Below, one piece after another: positions 23,010 through 32,311 of a stretch of DNA of 46,136 nt. Origin of the DNA: a virus; IMG/VR virus record IMGVR_UViG_3300029595_000010, positions 1-46,136 of that record. One strand, written 5' to 3'. Each line of letters opens with the position of its first letter. Position 1 is the stretch's first letter. Below the pieces are notes generated by a model. That model was not told the DNA's origin. It did not search any database and saw nothing but the letters and a program-made list of their open reading frames with translations. Made by a program: the position numbers and the translations under genes.

Positions 23010-25288
23010 ACCTTCACCCCCGCAAGCTTCACGCCGACGCGCTGTGTTTCCTCGTTGTTAAGGTTATACACCGCGCGGCCAAGTTCTCTGTGGTCGAGTT
23101 GCATGACAACCGTGATCTGTCTGCCGCCCATGCCGCCCGTTTCGTTTATGGCCTGCTTGAACGCCTGCACCATTGTGGCAAGCGGCGTTTCGATATTCGT
23201 TCCGCTTTTCTGGTCTCCCAGCACAGCCATAAACTCCCGGTTCGGCGGGATGACCGCGCCGGACGCGAGGCGGGGCAGCGATACACGGGAAACAGGCGTA
23301 ATATTGATGCCAAATGATTTTCCGCCAACAAGCGGAACCCAATCTGGAACTTCAAAGTGGATTTTGTTCAAAGCGGAAATCAAAAGGTTAATTCCGTCAA
23401 TGATGAAGTTAATCGCGCCTTCGATTGTACCGACAATGAGATTCCAAACGCCTTTCAGAATATCTAGGACACCGTTCCATGCTTTCTTCCAGTCTCCGGT
23501 GAATACGCCGGTCAGGAAGGTAATAAGGCCGCTGAGGATCTTTTTCCATGCGTTGTACTGGTCGGAGAACAGCTTTCCAATCGTTTCAAAAATCGCAGCA
23601 AGTGCCGGGTTCTTGCCCTGCAGCCATGTAACAAATGCGCTCCACGCGTCCTTGATGGAGTTTACAATCGCGTTCCACGTCTGCTTAAGCCCTTCCCAGA
23701 TCTGCTTTGCGCCTTCCGCTGCGAGCTTCAGGTCTCCCGTAAACACGCCCTTGAAGAACTTCCCGAACCCGTCTATGATTTTTTTCAGCCCTTGAATCAG
23801 CTCTTCCCCGTGCCCGGTAAAGGAAACAAGTGCCACCAAAGCGGCAACAAACCCGGCAATCAGGAGCGGAATCCAGCTCCCGGTCAGCAGGCTGATCCCG
23901 ATTCCAGCCGCGAGAAGCCCGGCAATGATTGTAAGCGTATTCACCAAATTAAATCCGTTTTCGATCACATCTTTGATCCCGACGACTAACATCGCAAGGC
24001 CACCTACCACGAGAGCGATTGCCGCAGCGGTCGGGCCAAATGCGATTGCAAGTCCGGCAGCAAGGGCCGCAAGCCCGGCGAGCATGCCGAGGAAATTTTG
24101 CAGATCAATTCCGTTATTCCAAGCATCCAGCCAGAAGTACACAAGCGCAAACGCACCGGCAACTGCAAGAGCGATGCCCCAAATCTTGCTCAGGTCGTTC
24201 GTGAACAAGCTTGCAATTTTCCAAGCGAGCAGCCCGGCTGCAATCGCACCTACTAGGCCGAGAATATCGTGGAGTTTATCCTCCGCCATGTCGAGGTTTG
24301 AGAAGTCCGGCGCGATATCCGTAGACGCTGCCCCGCCTGCGCCGCCACCTGCCGCAGAAGCGGAATTATCGGTTAGCTGGTTGATCTCGTCAAAGCTTGC
24401 CATGCTCTTACTTGCGTCTTCCGCCGCAGAGCCGACACCTTCCAACGCTTTCTGTTCTGCATTCAATCCTTGTTCGGCTGATTTCTGCGAAGACCAGCTT
24501 TTGCCAGACAGCATGCCGAAGAACTTTGCGATAGCTGTAACAACCTGCGTCAGAATGTCCACAAGCTTCACAAAAACGGGAATCACGACTTGAAGAATCG
24601 GCTGGGCCAGCGTCAAAAACACCGCCTTAAGCCGCGCAACCGCTGCACGCGCCACCTCGTTCTGCATGATTGTTTTTCCGAGCCATGTTCTAAGACTTTG
24701 CAGCGCTCGAGTAATCAGAGAGAACACCAGAACGCGCTTAAAAAGCCCGGAAACACGCTTGCTGAACGTGTTCATGCTGTCGGAAACATTTTTTGCTGCA
24801 AGCTCCATCCGTTCGGACGCGCCGCTTGCGTTTGTAATCTCTCGCGTGAGCTCTCCTGCGCGTGTCTTCGCCGCGTCCAGCGCGGAAGTCTGTTCCATTA
24901 CCTTGTCCGTAATTTTTGCGTACTTGCCGTCCAAGCTCTCAACGATCTTGTCCTGCTCTTTCAGAAGCGTTTCCTGCTCTCTAATCTGTGCAGCGACTTC
25001 GGATTGCCTACTGTATGCAGAAATATACGCATCAGGCGATGAAGACACCTCGCCGGATGTGACCTGCCGCAGCCGCTCAGATTCTGCGCGCAACGATTTC
25101 AGCGCAGTTTCTGCCTGCTTTGCGGATTCCTTTGCTGCGTCAAGCTGCGCCTTGATCCCGCTTTGCTCGCCGCTGCTCTTTTTCAGGTCGGTTTCCAGCT
25201 TGTCGATTTTTGCCGTAAGCTTATCAAGCTCCCGCTGTGCTTTTTTTGCGTCAACTTCCGCCTGCACAACGATTTTCCCATCTGCCAT
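23006..25288 (-). CDS. Tape measure protein (760 aa)
   Basis: N-terminal coiled coil, central Gly/Ala-rich TM-like region, position after the tail chaperones. Confidence 0.9.
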   Translation of the reverse strand: MADGKIVVQAEVDAKKAQRELDKLTAKIDKLETDLKKSSGEQSGIKAQLDAAKESAKQAETALKSLRAESERLRQVTSGEVSSSPDAYISAYSRQSEVAAQIREQETLLKEQDKIVESLDGKYAKITDKVMEQTSALDAAKTRAGELTREITNASGASERMELAAKNVSDSMNTFSKRVSGLFKRVLVFSLITRALQSLRTWLGKTIMQNEVARAAVARLKAVFLTLAQPILQVVIPVFVKLVDILTQVVTAIAKFFGMLSGKSWSSQKSAEQGLNAEQKALEGVGSAAEDASKSMASFDEINQLTDNSASAAGGGAGGAASTDIAPDFSNLDMAEDKLHDILGLVGAIAAGLLAWKIASLFTNDLSKIWGIALAVAGAFALVYFWLDAWNNGIDLQNFLGMLAGLAALAAGLAIAFGPTAAAIALVVGGLAMLVVGIKDVIENGFNLVNTLTIIAGLLAAGIGISLLTGSWIPLLIAGFVAALVALVSFTGHGEELIQGLKKIIDGFGKFFKGVFTGDLKLAAEGAKQIWEGLKQTWNAIVNSIKDAWSAFVTWLQGKNPALAAIFETIGKLFSDQYNAWKKILSGLITFLTGVFTGDWKKAWNGVLDILKGVWNLIVGTIEGAINFIIDGINLLISALNKIHFEVPDWVPLVGGKSFGINITPVSRVSLPRLASGAVIPPNREFMAVLGDQKSGTNIETPLATMVQAFKQAINETGGMGGRQITVVMQLDHRELGRAVYNLNNEETQRVGVKLAGVKV

Positions 25289-25300
25289 TTTCTCACCACC

Positions 25301-25867
25301 TTATTTTGAAATGCCCCATGCGGCGAGAACGTCTTTCTCTGCCTCTGTGTATGTAACTTTCAAATCGATCATATCTCTGTTCTTTCGGTAGAACTCCCGC
25401 TCCTGCTTGTCCAGAGGCTTCCCGTGTACCTTTTTGTCTCGAATACGAACAACTTGAGCAAACAGGCAGTCTCCAATCTCCTGATAGAAAGACAGGAACG
25501 ACCACCAGTGCAGATACTCAAGCGCCCGAACCTCGCATCCAGCGATTCTGTTCACGGGGGCAATAATCATGTCGAAGTCCTGCTCCCATGACATCAGCAC
25601 GGGTTCTCGCTTCTTTTCTTTGCGTTCTTCCCCACGGTCTATAAACCGAAAACATTTGTTTAGCGCTTCCTGATAGTCGCTGGATGGCATTTCCTCAAAG
25701 TCGGGATAGAAGATTCTCAACGATGCCTCCGCCTTGTCCTGCTCGTCCAGCTCGCTATCAACAAGGGCGGTGAGGATATCCAACACCGCCCGATAGTCAG
25801 ATCGGATTTCGTATTCTGTTCCGTTTACGTTGACCGATGTCGGTAAAGACCAGATTACTTTTTCCAT
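25301..25867 (-). CDS. Gp15-like tail assembly protein (gpT analogue, 188 aa)
   Basis: VNVNGTEYEIRSDYRAVLDILTAL...; in the -1 frame relative to the upstream chaperone, 13-nt overlap. Confidence 0.7.
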   Translation of the reverse strand: MEKVIWSLPTSVNVNGTEYEIRSDYRAVLDILTALVDSELDEQDKAEASLRIFYPDFEEMPSSDYQEALNKCFRFIDRGEERKEKKREPVLMSWEQDFDMIIAPVNRIAGCEVRALEYLHWWSFLSFYQEIGDCLFAQVVRIRDKKVHGKPLDKQEREFYRKNRDMIDLKVTYTEAEKDVLAAWGISK

Positions 25868-26274
25868 CTTTCCATATATTTCTTGATTCTCGGGTTCATA
25901 GCCTTCTGTTCTCTCGCAAAGGTAGTGTCGATCTGGTCGATGATGCCGAGCATCAGATTGCTCCATACAGGCAAACCGTCAGCCAGTGCGAGGACGTTCA
26001 TAGAGCCGAAAAGAGGCGTGCAAAGCGGAACCCCGAAAAGGCTGTCGATCGTATCGCGCATTTCGTTGCTTTCCCGACGCGCAATCTCAAAGATTTCTTT
26101 TTTGTTCGCGTTCTTTTCCACTTCTTCCTGATATTTCCGCTGACGGTCTGCCAATCCGTTAAACACGTCAAAAATTTTCTCTACAATTTCTGCGTCTGTC
26201 GGGTTGAACTCGAGCGTTACTTTGTCGTTGATGTTGATTTCTTCAGCGCCAGTTGCAACCTTGATGTCCGTCAT
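25855..26274 (-). CDS. Tail assembly chaperone (gpG analogue, 139 aa)
   Basis: Lies between the major tail and tape measure genes; ends in ...TGG AAA AAG TAA. Confidence 0.7.
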   Translation of the reverse strand: MTDIKVATGAEEININDKVTLEFNPTDAEIVEKIFDVFNGLADRQRKYQEEVEKNANKKEIFEIARRESNEMRDTIDSLFGVPLCTPLFGSMNVLALADGLPVWSNLMLGIIDQIDTTFAREQKAMNPRIKKYMERWKK

Positions 26275-26287
26275 CTATCATCCCTCC

Positions 26288-26818
26288 TTATGCCGCGTCC
26301 GGCGTAAACGTGATTTCTCCGTTGGAACCAACCGCCGCAGTGCCGGTGATTCTCTCTCCGCCCGGAGTTACCGTAAGCGGCATACCTACGAAGCCGCCGC
26401 CTTCGCCGCCAAGACCTGTCGCTTCGATTGCAGCGCCCTTGTATCTCTCCGCGAAAACAGCCGTTTTCTTCGTGCCTGCGTAATGGTGCACGATAAGAAT
26501 GTCCTGATTCGCCAGAGCCGCCGCGTTCTGTTCCTTAACGGCGAGGTTCCAGACATGCATAAGCGCAACATCTCCTGCATCGAGTTCGCACGGTTCAAAG
26601 TCCTGCGTGATGATGGGCTTTTTCATCGTGGTTCTGGTCGTGCCGAGGATGTCCTTGTTGGAATCCTTCTGCCAGTCGTACTCCATGCTGGAATCCGTGA
26701 CGCGCGTCCCAAGCGGCGACCACACGGCGGCGGAATCAGTGCCTGTATTCACAAAAAGAATCAAAAGTTCTCTGTCTACAGGCTGCCCAGCAACGGTGTT
26801 AAAGGTCATATCTGCCAT
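26288..26818 (-). CDS. Major tail (tube) protein
   Basis: 176 aa; position; beta-rich. Confidence 0.75.
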   Translation of the reverse strand: MADMTFNTVAGQPVDRELLILFVNTGTDSAAVWSPLGTRVTDSSMEYDWQKDSNKDILGTTRTTMKKPIITQDFEPCELDAGDVALMHVWNLAVKEQNAAALANQDILIVHHYAGTKKTAVFAERYKGAAIEATGLGGEGGGFVGMPLTVTPGGERITGTAAVGSNGEITFTPDAA

Positions 26819-26820
26819 AG

Positions 26821-27276
26821 TTAAATCACCTCATATTTCATCTTCATTAAGATTTGATGGTCTTCCCATCCGCCCTGATACACGGCGAATACCGCCGCGC
26901 GGCTGACCGCTTCCATGCGACGGACACGAACGCCATTCCCAAGAGACGGATAATTCTGGATCGCCCAATCCCCGAAGCGGTTCAGTACCGCATCAGCTCT
27001 CAGACGCTTGTCGTTACTCCCGCCCGGCTTGATACGGGCTATGATCTTGAACTGGTATTCTGCCTCATGCCCGCCGAGCAAGTACCTTTTTGTGATGTAC
27101 GCTCCTTGAATCACGGACAGAGCCACGCTTGCGGAATCAGCGGCGAGGAACTCATAATTGATGGTTACAGCCGGGAGATCGTCATCCGAAAACGAGTTTA
27201 CCCAGACCATCATTTTTCTGGATATGTCCTGTTCTTCCTCAGAAGAAACAAGCTTTTTTTCTTTTTCAGAGTCCAT
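26821..27276 (-). CDS. Neck/tail-terminator-position protein (151 aa)
   Basis: Gene order. Confidence 0.6.
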   Translation of the reverse strand: MDSEKEKKLVSSEEEQDISRKMMVWVNSFSDDDLPAVTINYEFLAADSASVALSVIQGAYITKRYLLGGHEAEYQFKIIARIKPGGSNDKRLRADAVLNRFGDWAIQNYPSLGNGVRVRRMEAVSRAAVFAVYQGGWEDHQILMKMKYEVI

Positions 27277-27676
27277 TTTTCACCGCCTTATCTGCAACTC
27301 GAATCCATTTGTCAAGGTTCTCAGCCTTTGAAGCCTCGAACCAGTGCGCCTGTGCCTGTGCGTGTCCGGACTTGTTAAATACAAGATTTTTGTCGGTTAA
27401 CACTTTCGTTCCGCCCTTCGGCGCGTATGTGCTCCCGGTCTCCGGGTCTACCATGACTTTCCCGTAGTACAGGAACCTTGCGTATGGGCCGGGATAGATG
27501 ATCGCATTCCCTTCCACCTGTGTTCTGCGGTCGAGGGAACCGGTCAAGAATGGCACATACGGGGCTGTGTCCTTTCTTGCCTGAAGTGCGACAATATGCT
27601 CCGCTTTGGTACACGCCTGCGCGATTGCCTCATGCAATTCATCAAAGCCGTCTGCCTTTACGCTGAATTTCAGCAT
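27266..27676 (-). CDS. HK97 gp10-like head-tail joining protein (136 aa)
   Basis: PYVPFLTGSL...PYARFLYYG motif. Confidence 0.65.
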   Translation of the reverse strand: MLKFSVKADGFDELHEAIAQACTKAEHIVALQARKDTAPYVPFLTGSLDRRTQVEGNAIIYPGPYARFLYYGKVMVDPETGSTYAPKGGTKVLTDKNLVFNKSGHAQAQAHWFEASKAENLDKWIRVADKAVKNGL

Positions 27677-27677
27677 A

Positions 27678-28139
27678 TTAGGCCCCTCCGACTTCGAAGT
27701 GTCTCATGTCCTGGCTTCCAAAGTCCTTCATATCGACCTTTGTGACCTTGTAAACGTCGTCATAGAGCATTTCAAGCGCCTGCTCGGTCTTGTCCGGCTC
27801 CACGACTTCACCCTTGATAAAGAATGTCGTTCCGCCGTTGCCGTCCGTGGAGAGCGTCCAGATTCCGCTTTTATCAGTTGCACGCCAGAATTCTTGCGGG
27901 CCGACGTAGCGCTTTTCTGCGCCCGTCACGCCGTCTACAGCAACCGTAGAGAACGGAATGTACAGATTCACCGCATCCGCGCCCTCAAGCCCGCTCTGGC
28001 GGACGTTGGCCGCCTTGGAGGCTTCCAGCAGAACGCCGCGCAGGACGGTGATGTAGGTTTTCTCCACGTCCTTGAATGTCGCCGGGTCTGTCTCCTGCGA
28101 GACGTTGTAGATGGTTACGGTGTGGGGGAACATGGACAC
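27678..28139 (-). CDS. Head-closure/adaptor-position protein (153 aa)
   Basis: Gene order. Confidence 0.6.
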   Translation of the reverse strand: MSMFPHTVTIYNVSQETDPATFKDVEKTYITVLRGVLLEASKAANVRQSGLEGADAVNLYIPFSTVAVDGVTGAEKRYVGPQEFWRATDKSGIWTLSTDGNGGTTFFIKGEVVEPDKTEQALEMLYDDVYKVTKVDMKDFGSQDMRHFEVGGA

Positions 28140-28531
28140 GGCCCATACCCCCTCGCTTTGAGTAATCCGGTCGGCCCGAGGTACGCCAGCACGATCTCAC
28201 GGCGGCGCGTCTCTGTCCGCTGTATATCTGCCTGGGACAGATTTCGTGAACCAAAGCTTCGCGACCAGCCGCCGACCGTCTCGCTTGATACGGGCCTGTC
28301 GGTCGTGTAGACGAGACTGTCCAGCTTCCCAGCGTCCTGCTCCAGCTCGGCCAGCGCACAGACGCAGTTCTGGACGGCTTCGAGCTTGTCCCCGGCGGCG
28401 GAGCGCGCGCGGCTCATGGTGATGTAGTCGACGTAAGCCGATGCCTTGCGGGCGAGGCCGCAAAATTGCTCTTCATCCAGCGCCGTCCCACGGTACACGG
28501 TCGCGTAAAACTCATAATCGGCGTAGATCAT
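28115..28531 (-). CDS. Head-tail connector (gp6-like) protein (138 aa)
   Basis: MIYADYEFYATVYRGTALDEEQF... typical N-terminus; follows the capsid gene. Confidence 0.65.
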   Translation of the reverse strand: MIYADYEFYATVYRGTALDEEQFCGLARKASAYVDYITMSRARSAAGDKLEAVQNCVCALAELEQDAGKLDSLVYTTDRPVSSETVGGWSRSFGSRNLSQADIQRTETRRREIVLAYLGPTGLLKARGYGPCPCSPTP

Positions 28532-28552
28532 GCTGCGCCCTCCTTCCGGTCA

Positions 28553-28583
28553 GCCTCCGCACCCGTCACGCAGGCGCGGAGGC
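28553..28583 (-). promoter_or_regulatory. Stem-loop just downstream of the capsid gene (stabiliser/attenuator)
   Basis: 8-bp GC stem gcctccgc/gcggaggc; no U-run. Confidence 0.35.
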
Positions 28584-28589
28584 TCGATT

Positions 28590-29627
28590 TTACTTGCTGA
28601 CGTCCGCGCCGATGAACAGGCCGTAAGGATCGGGCACGACCGGGATAAACAGGCCGCTTGCCTTTGTCCAGGTGGTCTTCGGGTCTGGCGTTTCCCACTG
28701 GGTAATGGTGATATACTGCTGCGCACTCTTGTCGGTGTACGGACCATAGCCCTTTTCTTCCGGCGTCACGCCCCACAGGCCAACGCCGAAGGAATTGGCC
28801 GTACCATTGGACAGGAATGCAACCTTGTCCTCCGGGAAGAAGCGGTACGTCTTTTCCGTGCCATTTGCAGCCTGCGCCTTATAGCGCTGGTCGTTGGTCG
28901 TGATCTGGCCGAAGCCGAACAGCTCGGTAAAGAGGCTGCGCAGTTTCTCGGTGGTGACATATGTACCAGCGCCGACCGTGCCGTACACGAGGGTCTGAAT
29001 GCCCTTGTTGGACGCGAGCTTACGCAGGATCTTCGTACCGACGACCATTTCGCTCAGCGCGTGGCCGGATGCCGCCGCCTGATCTGCGATGGCCTGAAGC
29101 TGGCCGATGATATCAGCGTCTGCGCCGAAGTCGATCTTGAAGCCGATGTTTGCGGACGGAACGCCGTAATCGACGGTCATGTTGAGATTGTTTTCCTTGA
29201 TGGTCATCTTGCCGGTCGCGATAACTTCCATTTTCGCGACCTCGGTTCTGACCTTGACCGCATCGGCCATCAGGCGCATATCGTCGAAGACGTAGCTCAC
29301 AATGGCGTTGTCAGCGTATACGCCGTTTTCGTTGAGCAGCTGCACCCGCTCGGACTGGTTGATCTTGCGCTTGATAAACAGCTTCTCAACCTCGGTCTTT
29401 TCGAGCGCGGGGCGCGTGGCGATCTCTGCCTCGGTGTCAAAGGCGTGGACGGTCGCCATCGTGGGGATCTGTGCGCCGTTTGCGAGGCGCAGGTACTCGG
29501 CCTTGAGGCTTTCGGTTTTCTGATCCGGGAACAGCCGGTCTCCGAGGTAGGCCGGGCGCGCGACGGAAATGTTCTGCGAGAAATCCAGACGGTCAGCGTC
29601 GGAAATCAGTTCAAGAATGTCAGGCAT
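28590..29627 (-). CDS. Major capsid protein (345 aa)
   Basis: Size and position after scaffold/decoration genes. N-terminus MPDILELISDADRLDFSQN...LFPDQKT resembles the capsid protein E family. Confidence 0.85.
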   Translation of the reverse strand: MPDILELISDADRLDFSQNISVARPAYLGDRLFPDQKTESLKAEYLRLANGAQIPTMATVHAFDTEAEIATRPALEKTEVEKLFIKRKINQSERVQLLNENGVYADNAIVSYVFDDMRLMADAVKVRTEVAKMEVIATGKMTIKENNLNMTVDYGVPSANIGFKIDFGADADIIGQLQAIADQAAASGHALSEMVVGTKILRKLASNKGIQTLVYGTVGAGTYVTTEKLRSLFTELFGFGQITTNDQRYKAQAANGTEKTYRFFPEDKVAFLSNGTANSFGVGLWGVTPEEKGYGPYTDKSAQQYITITQWETPDPKTTWTKASGLFIPVVPDPYGLFIGADVSK

Positions 29628-29645
29628 GGTGTTTTTCCTCCTTCT

Positions 29646-30200
29646 TTAGGGTGTAGTCCACACGGGGTACAGGGTCACATTGCCGGTCATTTCGACCTTG
29701 GAGACGGCAGCGCCGCCCTTAGACGTGCTCCAGCCGGTCTGGGTGTTGCCGCTCTTGGTCAACGGGTATTCGGTCGAGACGTCGGCATAGGAGCCCTCTG
29801 TGTAGACGTTCTCGTCGACGGGCGGCGTGCCGCTGCCGTCGTTTTTGTCGTATGTCACGGTATAGCCGCGCGTGATCTCCGGCGCGTCAACAAATGTGAA
29901 GCCCTTGCCGGACAGCGCGGTCTTTGCTGTGGAGGCCAGCGACAGGCGGTCTGCCAGCACACGGCCCGCGACCATCACGGAGCCGGGCATATTGCCGTCC
30001 GTCACATCGATATCCTCAAACACGATGCCGACGGCGTTCGAGTTGTCGGACGGAAACGGCGTACCGGCCTTGACGATCTTGTATTTGCCGTCCTGCACGC
30101 CCATCGACGCGGGGATTTCACGGGTTTTCAGGACGAGGCCGACTTCGCTTTCGAGGAAATTCGGCCTGACTTCTGCTTTTGTGTTTACAACGATAGACAT
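29646..30200 (-). CDS. Capsid decoration protein fused to a Listeria-Bacteroides repeat (InlB B-repeat-like) domain
   Basis: Lies between the scaffold and capsid genes; C-terminal YTVTYDKNDGSG...TGWSTS...VTLYPVW. Confidence 0.65.
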   Translation of the reverse strand: MSIVVNTKAEVRPNFLESEVGLVLKTREIPASMGVQDGKYKIVKAGTPFPSDNSNAVGIVFEDIDVTDGNMPGSVMVAGRVLADRLSLASTAKTALSGKGFTFVDAPEITRGYTVTYDKNDGSGTPPVDENVYTEGSYADVSTEYPLTKSGNTQTGWSTSKGGAAVSKVEMTGNVTLYPVWTTP

Positions 30201-30208
30201 TTTTCAAA

Positions 30209-30799
30209 TCACTCCTTGTTTGGTGTCTGCGCAAACTGCGCGTTGAACTGCTGCGCGTACATTGCGCCCTTGCTCTTTGCCGCCGGTGCGCCGCCCTGGC
30301 CGACGGGCTTGGCGAATGTGGGCGTGGGCTTATCTGCCTGAAACGCAGTCGGATCTGCTTCGAGCTGAGCCTTGTGCCACTCGTCGAAGCCGGTCAGCTC
30401 GCCGTCTTTCAGTTCAAGATGTTTCTCCTTGAGGTCTGCAAGGTAAGCTTTCTCGGCGGCTTTGGAAGAGAACTTGACGCCCTTGGCCGTAATCGCGCGG
30501 TTCATGGCGTCGGCGTAGTCCCGGCTTGCCAGCTGCGCCTTGTAATCTTCGGTTTCCTTGGTGTACCGGCCCTGAAGGTCTTCGAGTTGCTTGCGAACGC
30601 TCTCAGCGTCCCCGCTGGACTTCCTCAGGTCTTCGATGTCCTTGTTGCGGTCGGCCAGTTGCTTTTCCACGGCCTCTTTGTCCGCCTTTGCGTCCTCTGC
30701 GGCCTTTTTGTGCTTCTCAATGTCCTTGCCGTTCATGGCAAAAACCTTGTCCGCCTGCTCTTCTGTCAGGCCAATGCTCAGCAATTCTTCTTTTTTCAT
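30209..30799 (-). CDS. Scaffolding protein
   Basis: Charged coiled-coil sequence; position. Confidence 0.75.
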   Translation of the reverse strand: MKKEELLSIGLTEEQADKVFAMNGKDIEKHKKAAEDAKADKEAVEKQLADRNKDIEDLRKSSGDAESVRKQLEDLQGRYTKETEDYKAQLASRDYADAMNRAITAKGVKFSSKAAEKAYLADLKEKHLELKDGELTGFDEWHKAQLEADPTAFQADKPTPTFAKPVGQGGAPAAKSKGAMYAQQFNAQFAQTPNKE

Positions 30800-30913
30800 G
30801 GTTTCTCCTTACGGGATAGGCTTTTTAGGTCGTCGCCATGACCTCCCGCCTGCACTTTTAGGCTTGCAGATAGCCAATTTTTTGTATAAACCCCGCTCAT
30901 GCGGTTTTTACCG

Positions 30914-30957
30914 AAACAAAAAGAGCCAACCACTAAGAAAATCTCAGTAGTTGGCTC
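30914..30957 (-). terminator. Rho-independent terminator inside the head module
   Basis: 11-bp stem gagccaactac/gtggttggctc, then TTTTTGTTT on the minus strand. Confidence 0.65.
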
Positions 30958-30999
30958 ATCGTGCCATTCCGCGCACTCGATTGTGCTGCGGTATCTGTA

Positions 31000-31128
31000 T
31001 TACTTTTTCAGCTCTTCCGCCTTGATGATCTGTGCCTTGACTGTTCCGTCCTTCATGCGCTTCAGCTGAACGCGAAACCCGGCGGCAAGCGCCCGCTCAA
31101 TGGCGGCTTTCAGTTTTTCGTCAATCAT
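31000..31128 (-). CDS. Unlisted 42-aa ORF (MIDEKLKAAIERALAAGFRVQLKRMKDGTVKAQIIKAEELKK)
   Basis: ATG overlaps the stop of the MuF-like gene; followed by the terminator. Confidence 0.4.
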   Translation of the reverse strand: MIDEKLKAAIERALAAGFRVQLKRMKDGTVKAQIIKAEELKK

Positions 31129-32176
31129 ATAACACCTTCATTCTCTCCGGCTGTTCCGGCAGCCCGGCGGCCTTGCTAAAATCATGGTATTTCGTGTTCA
31201 GGCGGCGCAGCTTGGCTGTTGCGGCAGTCTCCTTATCCTTTTGGCCTGATGCTTTGTAGGCTTTTTTCAGCTTTTTTTGCTTTATGATTTCCCGCTCAAG
31301 CCTGCGCTGCATCTGGGTTGCTTCATATGCAGTATATTTCTTCCCGTCGAACTCACAGCCGAGGCCGTCGTCGATATGCTCCAGCTGCTCCTCGGAATAG
31401 GTAGGCTCCATGATTCCGGGGAGAAATGCGTGTTTGTAGTGACGGCAGTTCGCGCCAGTCAGGCCGTCTACATAGCCATAGCCGGTCGTCTCCACAAGAT
31501 CCTTGTACTGCCCAAGAGGGTCAGGCTCTCCGTTTTCGCTTTTATAGTAAATTTTCCCTTGCCAGTCTCTATGGCTTGACCACGGAGACGGACCGGGCTT
31601 GTCTCGCGCTCCGGAGTGCGCCGTTACCTCAAAGTACCGGGTATCCAGATATTCCGCCGACTGGTCGGAATACTTGTCGCAGATTTGAGCTACACCTGTC
31701 ATAACGGCCCGTCTGGCCGCTACGTCTATCTGGTCTACATGGCCGCTCGAATATTCGACCGTCTTGATCCCGCTCTCGGCCAGCTGCTTAACGGCGTTTG
31801 CAATCGCCTGATTATAGCTGATTGCCCCGCTCTGAATTTGCAACGTTGACGAATTCAAGGCCCACTGATATGCCTGCGCGGGTGGAAGCATCTTCTGTCC
31901 ACTGTCCACAAGAAACCCCAAAGATTGTGTCAAATTTCGGAATTCTCCGAGCGTCTGTCTGCGGATCGCGTCGATATCGGATGCGTCGACCAGGCGGTCA
32001 GGCTTCGTCACGTCGGCCAGCGTGATAATGCCGTTGTAATAGCGCTGATTGCGCTCTACAACGTCGTCGAGCAGTTTGTTCAGCTTCTCCTCGCTGACAT
32101 CCGCCGTCTTCTGGATGGCCTTTTTGACCTTCTTGAGATCAATGCCGTGCGACCGCAGCGCCCGAATATCCTGCAC
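31121..32176 (-). CDS. MuF/SPP1 gp7-like minor head (morphogenesis) protein. The listed GTG start is probably not the true N-terminus; the frame is open up to 32311
   Basis: ...YFEVTAHSGARD...HRDWQGKIYY... An upstream in-frame stretch PELLDAIPEEIAELFRTLEDTLLDEV looks like a genuine N-terminus. Confidence 0.75.
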   Translation of the reverse strand: MQDIRALRSHGIDLKKVKKAIQKTADVSEEKLNKLLDDVVERNQRYYNGIITLADVTKPDRLVDASDIDAIRRQTLGEFRNLTQSLGFLVDSGQKMLPPAQAYQWALNSSTLQIQSGAISYNQAIANAVKQLAESGIKTVEYSSGHVDQIDVAARRAVMTGVAQICDKYSDQSAEYLDTRYFEVTAHSGARDKPGPSPWSSHRDWQGKIYYKSENGEPDPLGQYKDLVETTGYGYVDGLTGANCRHYKHAFLPGIMEPTYSEEQLEHIDDGLGCEFDGKKYTAYEATQMQRRLEREIIKQKKLKKAYKASGQKDKETAATAKLRRLNTKYHDFSKAAGLPEQPERMKVLYD

Positions 32177-32311
32177 CGTGACTTCGTTCAGCTGATCCGC
32201 AATTTTAAGCCGGGAACAAACCTCATCCAGCAGCGTATCTTCCAGCGTCCGGAACAGCTCTGCAATCTCTTCCGGGATGGCGTCTAATAGTTCTGGGCTA
32301 AAAAGGGTACT

